A stretch of DNA of 64,000 nucleotides from an uncultured Actinomycetota bacterium (GTDB lineage: Bacteria > Actinomycetota > Actinomycetes > Actinomycetales > CAWJMD01). Below the pieces are notes generated by a model. It ran no database searches and was not told the origin of the DNA. It saw only the letters and a program-made list of their open reading frames with translations. Where the stretch lies: the NCBI GenBank assembly GCA_963845675.1, contig CAWJSX010000003.1:224137-288136 (forward strand), in the 5' to 3' direction. Each line of letters starts with the position of its first letter. Position 1 is the stretch's first letter. Positions 58,296 through 64,000 of the stretch are shown here, piece by piece. The translations under genes and the position numbers were made by a program.

Positions 58296-58770
58296 GTGGA
58301 GAACGTGTTCGACACGGTCGCGGCCTTCGCTGCACCCCCTCATCGTCCACGCAGTCGTCGTGGGCATCCCTGTGATGGCGCTGGTCACGATCGCCGTCGC
58401 GTCACGGGCCACATGGAGGCGCAAGGCGTCCTGGGTCGTGGTCGCCGCGAACGTCGGCCTGCTGGCGCTCACGTTCGTCACGACGCAGAGCGGCGAGGCG
58501 CTGCGAGACCGCCGTCAGGCTCTGGCGGGTGGCGAGATCGAGAGCATCGCCCGCCACGCCGACCGGGGAGAGCTGATGCCCTGGTTCGTCGTCGCGCTGG
58601 TGGCCGTGTCGGTGCTGGTCGCCGTGACGCGCCACCGCACGGCGATGCGCCTCCCCGTGCTGGTGCTCGCCGTCCTCGTCGGGGTCGCCGCCATCGGGTG
58701 GACGGTGCTCACCGGGCACAGCGGGTCCGAGTCCGTCTGGGCCGACCTGGTCGGGGCGACCGGCGGGTGA
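58296..58770 (+). CDS. DUF2231-like membrane protein; net 2-nt deletion near 58320-58330
   Basis: VFDTVA then (GLP)LHPLIVHAVVV, QSGEAL, HADRG, TGHSGSESVW; CATACT -10 six nt before GTG. Confidence 0.7.
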
Positions 58771-58792
58771 CACCCCCGTCGAAGGGTGACGC

Positions 58793-59200
58793 TCAGAGAG
58801 CCCTGACGCTGTTGTTGCGCTTGTCGTGGGTGAGCTCGGCGCGGCCCAGCGACTCCAGGAGCGGCGGCAGGTACATGCCGAAGCGACCGCGGTAGCCGTT
58901 GCGCAGCCCGTACCAGCCGCCTACCGGGTTGGACTCCGACCGTCCCCACGCCTCGACGGAGCCCTCGGGTGCGTCCTTCTTCTCGTCCGCGGCGCCGAGC
59001 GGCACCCAGTCGCCCTGCTCGGCCAGCCACGCGTGCAGGTCGTCCACTGCGGAGAGGTGGTAGCGGAGCGTGGTGCTGCCGACCTGGCAGACCAGCGCCG
59101 GAGGGTCGCCCTCGGGGTCGGCGTACATCGTGTACGGGGAGGACCCCGGCGCCGTCGTCAGCTGCCAGGGGTCGTCGCGGGTACCGCTTCCGGTGGCCAT
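58793..59200 (-). CDS. Conserved hypothetical protein (DUF6855-like)
   Basis: GTRDDPWQLTTAPG, VEAWGRSESNPVGGWYGLR.GYRGRFGMY.PPLLE. Confidence 0.7.
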   Translation of the reverse strand: MATGSGTRDDPWQLTTAPGSSPYTMYADPEGDPPALVCQVGSTTLRYHLSAVDDLHAWLAEQGDWVPLGAADEKKDAPEGSVEAWGRSESNPVGGWYGLRNGYRGRFGMYLPPLLESLGRAELTHDKRNNSVRAL

Positions 59201-59231
59201 GCCTCCATCGTGCCTCCCGCGACGCCTTTCG

Positions 59232-59588
59232 TCACGGGTTGCCGGCAGGCCACGCCGGCGCCGCCGGGTCGAAGGGCGTGCTGGCCGTCACCGCACCGAC
59301 CGGGACCGGCCCGTACACGTGGGGGAACGGCTCCTCGGCCCCCGGCACCGGCTCCCACCGGACGGGGGACCCGGCCGACTGGAGCGCCTCGACGTCGAGT
59401 GCGAGCAGCACGAGCGGGTCGCTCACGTCGGCGTAGAAGGCCGACACGACGCCGGGCAGCTGCGCGGCGGTGCTGGCGTGGACGAAACCCTGCTCGGCCA
59501 GCGTCACCCCCAGCGTCGACCACGTGTAGGCCCCGTCGCGACGTGCCTGCTCCCAGTGCTCGGCGAGGGCGAGGTGCCAGATCGTCAC
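59232..59588 (-). CDS. DUF952 family protein
   Basis: IWHLA, STL..TLAEQGFVHAS, FPHVYGP. Confidence 0.85.
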   Translation of the reverse strand: MTIWHLALAEHWEQARRDGAYTWSTLGVTLAEQGFVHASTAAQLPGVVSAFYADVSDPLVLLALDVEALQSAGSPVRWEPVPGAEEPFPHVYGPVPVGAVTASTPFDPAAPAWPAGNP

Positions 59589-59902
59589 CACTCGACCTGT
59601 TGGGCCAGGAGGGCCATCTCGGCGTCGAAGCGCTCGTGGGACGACAGGGGGCCACGGCTGCGCGGTAGCGGTACTCCCGCCACGCGGCAGCACTCCAGCA
59701 GGACGTCGTCGTAGGCGCCGGTCGATGCCTGCACCCGTTGGAACTTGCCCGGCTGGATCGTCGCGTGCGCCTTCTGCACCTCCAGGGCGAGTCGGCGCAG
59801 CTCAAGGGTTCGCAGCAGCAGCTCCACGTCCTCGGGGGGCTCGGACGGGCTGCCCGTGAGCGCGCGCCAGCGCTCGACCAACCACTCCCACGAGCCGGAC
59901 AT
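59585..59902 (-). CDS. Hypothetical protein
   Basis: GGAGG RBS; LRRLALEV...AYDDVLLECC...ERFDAEMALL...W; GTGA-coupled to DUF952 gene. Confidence 0.6.
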   Translation of the reverse strand: MSGSWEWLVERWRALTGSPSEPPEDVELLLRTLELRRLALEVQKAHATIQPGKFQRVQASTGAYDDVLLECCRVAGVPLPRSRGPLSSHERFDAEMALLAQQVEW

Positions 59903-60023
59903 GCGCGCCTCCAGTCCTCCCATTGTGCAACGGGATCGGCGGAACGGCAGGGGCCACTAGGGTCGGTCGGTGACACCAGGGGTGACCACGGGCGGGCCGA
60001 GGAGCCCGGAGAGGGGTACGAAC

Positions 60024-60797
60024 GTGGCAACGCACACGATCCGGTCCGGCAGCGTGCTGCCGGCCCGTCGTGAGGACGTCGAGCTGCACACGGCCGACGG
60101 TCTGACGCTGGTGGGCGAGCTCGCCCTGCCGCTCGACCGGGACCCGGTCGCGACGCTCGTGACCCTGCATCCGCTGCCGACCCATGGCGGGTTCATGGAC
60201 AGCCACGTCTTCCGGAAGGCCGCGTGGCGGTTGCCCGCGCTCGCTGGCCTCGCCGTGCTGCGGTTCAACCTGCGGGGTGTCTCGAGCCCCCGCGGCACCA
60301 GCGACGGCACGTTCGACGCCGGCGACGCGGAGCGCTTCGACGTCGCCGCCGCGATCGAGTTCGCCGAGTTCCACGACCTGCCCCGTCGCTGGCTCCTGGG
60401 ATGGTCGTTCGGCACCGACCTGGCTCTGATGCACGGCTGCGACCCCGGGATCGAGGGCGCGATCCTGCTGTCGCCACCGCTGCGGTCGGCGGACGCCGAC
60501 CACCTGGCGGTGTGGGCCGGGTCCGACAAGCACGTGCTGGCTCTGGTGCCGGAGCTGGACGACTACCTCCGGCCGGAGGAGGCGACCGAGCGCTTCAGCG
60601 CCATCCCGCACGCGCGCGTCGTGGGGGTCGAGGGCGCCAAGCACCTGTGGGTCGGCGAGTCCGCCGTGCGTCGGGTGCACGACGAGGTGGTGGCGCAGGT
60701 CGCCCCAGAGGTGGAGACCCCCCTGCCCACCACGTGGGACGGGCCCTTCGAGGTCGCCGACGACCTCCACCGGCCGACGGCACCGGCCACCGGGTGA
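60024..60797 (+). CDS. Alpha/beta hydrolase
   Basis: HPLPTHGGFMDS, RFNLRG, GWSFG nucleophile elbow, DDY, KHLW. Confidence 0.85.
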   Translation: MATHTIRSGSVLPARREDVELHTADGLTLVGELALPLDRDPVATLVTLHPLPTHGGFMDSHVFRKAAWRLPALAGLAVLRFNLRGVSSPRGTSDGTFDAGDAERFDVAAAIEFAEFHDLPRRWLLGWSFGTDLALMHGCDPGIEGAILLSPPLRSADADHLAVWAGSDKHVLALVPELDDYLRPEEATERFSAIPHARVVGVEGAKHLWVGESAVRRVHDEVVAQVAPEVETPLPTTWDGPFEVADDLHRPTAPATG

Positions 60798-60801
60798 CGC
60801 G

Positions 60802-62271
60802 CTAGAGGCGGTCCTGCCGTGGCATCACGACCTCCTGGACCACGAGCAGGATGCCGGCCGCGATGGGGATGCCGATCAGGGCCCCGATCGCCCCCATCAG
60901 GGTGGCTCCGATGAGCGCGGCGACGAGCGCGACCGCTCCGGGGACCGACACGGTCCGAGCCATGATCTTCGGTGCGATCAGGTAGTTCTCGACCTGCTGG
61001 TAGACGATGTAGTAGATGACCACGATCACGGCGGTCTGCAGGTCGACGAACAGGGCGACGACCACCACGAGCACCGCGCCGAGCGTCGCGCCGACCAGGG
61101 GCAGCAGTCCGATCAGACCCACGGCGATGGCGAGCACGGCCGGATAGGGGATGCCGAGGATCAGCATCATCACGTAGGAGCAGACGCCGTTGAGGGTGGC
61201 GACGGCCAGCTGCCCGATCACGTACCCGCCGATGCGCTTGCTGATCTCGTCACCCAGCAGCTCGACCCTGGTGCGCCGCGAGGCGGGCACGAGCGCGTAG
61301 CCGGCCTCCCTGAGGTTGCGCATCGCGGCGAGGAAGTACAGCGTGAGGATGAGCACGGTCAGCGCGCTGAACACGCCTCCGAGCACGGCCTGACCGGCCC
61401 CCAGCACGCCACCGAAGACCGCCGCCATCACCGCGCCGTCGCCCAGCCGCTTCTCGAGCTCGCCCGTGGCACGCCCGACGAGGTCGTACTGCTGGTCGAG
61501 CTGGACGAACCAGTCCGCCTGCTGCAGCTGCGCGAGGTACTCGGGCATCTGGCCGACCAGCTCGGTGCCCTGGTCGACGAGGATCGGGACCACGGAGGCG
61601 CCGAAACCGGCGAAGACCGCGACCACGCCACCGAAGACCCCGGTGATCGCCCAGCCGCGGGGGACGCGGTGGCGGGTCAGCCAGTCGACGACCGGCTCGA
61701 GGCCCAGCGCGAGGAAGAGGGAGACCACGAGCAGCGTGATCACCTGCGCGAGCTGGCCGAGCACCTGGACGAGGGCGTAGGCCATGAACACGCCGAGGGC
61801 GCCGATGAACCCGATGTAGAAGGGGTGCGTGCGGCTGAACTGCTGGCCGGGCTTCCCGAAGCGGGAGGCTGCCCCGTCGCTGTCGCTGTCGCTGTCGCTG
61901 GTGCGGAGGCGGGGCGACTCTCCGAGGAACTGGTCGGCGACGGGGTGTGGGCCGACACCCTCGACCGACGGTTCGCCGGCAAGCCGCTTCGTGCCGGCGG
62001 CGGGCGTGTCCGCGTCCGGCGGCTGCAGCCGGAGGCTGAGCATCTGGTCGAGGGTGGGGAACGAGCCGCTGTGGCGCTGGGCCCGACCAACGGCTCGTCG
62101 CTCGGCCAGCGCAGCCCGCACCTGACGGCGGCTGTCTGCGGAGGTCATCGCGCCCCGCAGCCGTGTGCCCCAGCTGCGCCCGTGCCCCTGCTCGGGCTCG
62201 TGCGCTCGTGCGTCCCCCGTCACCTCGGTGGCGTCGTCCGTCCTGCCACCGGGCGCTGTGTTCTCGGCCAC
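60802..62271 (-). CDS. AI-2E family transporter with long N-terminal hydrophilic extension
   Basis: LEPVVDWL, LPLVGA, YQQVENYLIAPKIM, GAIGALIGIP. Confidence 0.88.
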   Translation of the reverse strand: MAENTAPGGRTDDATEVTGDARAHEPEQGHGRSWGTRLRGAMTSADSRRQVRAALAERRAVGRAQRHSGSFPTLDQMLSLRLQPPDADTPAAGTKRLAGEPSVEGVGPHPVADQFLGESPRLRTSDSDSDSDGAASRFGKPGQQFSRTHPFYIGFIGALGVFMAYALVQVLGQLAQVITLLVVSLFLALGLEPVVDWLTRHRVPRGWAITGVFGGVVAVFAGFGASVVPILVDQGTELVGQMPEYLAQLQQADWFVQLDQQYDLVGRATGELEKRLGDGAVMAAVFGGVLGAGQAVLGGVFSALTVLILTLYFLAAMRNLREAGYALVPASRRTRVELLGDEISKRIGGYVIGQLAVATLNGVCSYVMMLILGIPYPAVLAIAVGLIGLLPLVGATLGAVLVVVVALFVDLQTAVIVVIYYIVYQQVENYLIAPKIMARTVSVPGAVALVAALIGATLMGAIGALIGIPIAAGILLVVQEVVMPRQDRL

Positions 62272-62368
62272 TGCTGTCCTCTCGCCGCCCTGAGGCGAGC
62301 CTAGTGTTCGCGCAGGTGGCGGGCACCGCGGCGCGCTGCCGATCCGGGTCGCCGGGACCGCTCCGGTC

Positions 62369-63700
62369 TCAGACGTCCCGGAAGCGGTTGATCTGCGTCG
62401 CGAACCGTTCGCGCCGCTCCGGGTCGGTGACGCCGAGACCCTCCTGCGGGGCGAGTGCCAGGACCCCGACCTTTCCCTGGTGCAGGTTCTGGTGCACGTC
62501 GTGGGCGGCCTGGCCCACGTCGGCGAGGGCGTAGCTGCGCGACAGGGTCGGGTGCACGATGCCCCGGGCGATGAGGTCGTTGGCCTCCCAGGCCTCCCGG
62601 TAGTTGGCGAAGTGCGAGCCGACGACCCGCTTGAGGTGCATCCAGAGGTACCGGTTGTCGTACTCGTGCATGTAGCCGGACGTGGACGCGCAGGTGACCA
62701 CGGTGCCGCCACGACGGGCGGCGAACACGCTGGCCCCGAACGTCTCCCGACCGGGGTGCTCGAAGACGATGTCGACGTCCCGGCCGCCGGTCAGCTCCCG
62801 GATGCGTGCCCCGAAGCGCCGCCACTCCTTCGGGTCCTGGGTGGTCTCGTCCTTCCAGAAGCGGTAGCCCTCGGCCTTGCGGTCGATGATCAGCTCGGCG
62901 CCCATGGCCCGGCAGATGTCCGCCTTCTCCTCGCTGGAGACCACACACACCGGGGTCGCGCCGGCGGCCAGGGCCATCTGCGTCGCGTAGGAGCCCAGAC
63001 CGCCTGAGGCGCCCCAGATCAGCACCCGGTCACCGAGCTTCACCCCGGCGCCGTTCTTCGAGATCAGCTGCCGGTAGGCGGTGGAGTTCACGAGCCCCGG
63101 GACGGCGGCCTCCTCCCACGTGAGGTGCGCCGGCTTGGGCATCAGCTGGTTCGCCTTGACCAGCGCGAGGTGGGCGAGCCCGCCGAAGTTGGTCTCGAAG
63201 CCCCAGATGCGCTGCTCCGGGTCGAGCATCGTGTCGTCGTGGCCGTCGGGGTGCTCCAGCTCGACGGAGAGGCAGTGGGCGACGACCTCTGCTCCCGGCT
63301 TCCACGCGTGCACGCCCGGACCCGTGCGCAGCACCACGCCCGCCAGGTCGGAGCCGACCACGTGGTACGGCTGGTCGTGCTGGGCCGCGAGCGGGGACGA
63401 CCGGCCGTAGCGCTCGAGGAAACCGAACGTCGAGACGGGCTCGAAGATGGACGTCCACACGGTGTTGTAGTTGATGGCCGAGGCCATCACCGCGACCAGC
63501 GCCTCGCCCGGACCGAGCTCGGGGGTGGCGACGTCCTCGACGTGCAGGGACTTTCGCGGGTCCTTGTCGCGGCTGTCCACGCCGTCGAACATGTCGGTCT
63601 CGTCCTTGTGGACGGTGACCGCGCGGTAGTGGTCGGGGATCTCCAGGGAGCCCACGGCGTCGAGGTCTCCGGCGAGGATGGCGTCTCGGATCTGGTCCAC
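62369..63700 (-). CDS. ccr: Crotonyl-CoA carboxylase/reductase
   Basis: MASAINYNTVW, HVVGSDLAG, RIWGFETNFG, LIWGASGGLG, FEHPGRETF, DNRYLWM, GSHFANY. Confidence 0.93.
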   Translation of the reverse strand: MDQIRDAILAGDLDAVGSLEIPDHYRAVTVHKDETDMFDGVDSRDKDPRKSLHVEDVATPELGPGEALVAVMASAINYNTVWTSIFEPVSTFGFLERYGRSSPLAAQHDQPYHVVGSDLAGVVLRTGPGVHAWKPGAEVVAHCLSVELEHPDGHDDTMLDPEQRIWGFETNFGGLAHLALVKANQLMPKPAHLTWEEAAVPGLVNSTAYRQLISKNGAGVKLGDRVLIWGASGGLGSYATQMALAAGATPVCVVSSEEKADICRAMGAELIIDRKAEGYRFWKDETTQDPKEWRRFGARIRELTGGRDVDIVFEHPGRETFGASVFAARRGGTVVTCASTSGYMHEYDNRYLWMHLKRVVGSHFANYREAWEANDLIARGIVHPTLSRSYALADVGQAAHDVHQNLHQGKVGVLALAPQEGLGVTDPERRERFATQINRFRDV

Positions 63701-63721
63701 GTCCCGGAGGCTACTGAGGAG

Positions 63722-64000
63722 TCACCCTGTGCGGGACGGTGTGTGACCGACGCCACCGGCCGGCTCCACGAGCTCGACCAGGACCCCGCCGGCGTCCTTC
63801 GGGTGGACGAAGTTGACCCGGCTGTCCGAGGTCCCGCGGCGCGGCTGGTCGTAGAGGAGCCGCAGACCGCGCTCGCGCAGGGTCGCGCTGACGGCCTCGA
63901 TGTCGCTCACGCGGTACGCCACCTGCTGGACGCCGGGTCCGCTGCGGTCGAGGAACCGCGCGATCGGGGACTCCGGTGACAGGGGCGCCAGCAGCTGCAC
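63722..64000 (-). CDS. mce: Methylmalonyl-CoA epimerase, C-terminal part
   Basis: QLLAPL..ES.IARFLDRSGPGVQQVAYRV, NFVHPKDAGGVLVELVE; adjacent to ccr. Confidence 0.88.
   Translation of the reverse strand: MQLLAPLSPESPIARFLDRSGPGVQQVAYRVSDIEAVSATLRERGLRLLYDQPRRGTSDSRVNFVHPKDAGGVLVELVEPAGGVGHTPSRTG

Noticed and set aside
61876-61899. (GTCGCT)x4 microsatellite in the AI-2E gene
   Set aside because: In-frame Ser-Asp repeat in a disordered linker with no evident function

Overview
High-GC actinobacterial chromosomal DNA, Nocardioidaceae-like by gene content (inference). In order, the window holds: (1) the 3' part of a respiratory nitrate reductase operon (narG end, narH, narJ, narI) followed by a truncated CBS gene; (2) small housekeeping genes; (3) recC-recB-recD; (4) one ~33 kb flagellar cluster (15.4-48.1 kb) bracketed by fliW and csrA, with a FliA/WhiG-type sigma factor, an EAL-HDOD protein, an NlpC/P60-transglycosylase fusion and a degenerate FlhF-like gene, but no flgF, flgG, flgJ, flgM, flhG or che genes; (5) a CsoR-CopZ-CopA copper operon; (6) a DEAD-box helicase, hisN, several DUF genes, an AI-2E transporter, ccr and mce. 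The most interesting signal is non-coding, read directly from the flagellar intergenic DNA. There are eight CTCA-N16/17-GCCGA-type sigma28 promoters. Paired ANGGA-loop hairpins (CsrA boxes) occur in four leaders (fliC, flgB, flbD-motA, flhA). A tandem array of eight GGA motifs between the fliC terminator and fliD resembles a cis-encoded CsrA sponge. A CACCCGnnCGG box lies upstream of several promoters. Seven genes carry 1-2 nt indels, mostly in short homopolymers, which most likely are sequencing or assembly errors. I recognised no rRNA, tRNA, CRISPR array or transposase. All family assignments come from motif recognition, not database searches.
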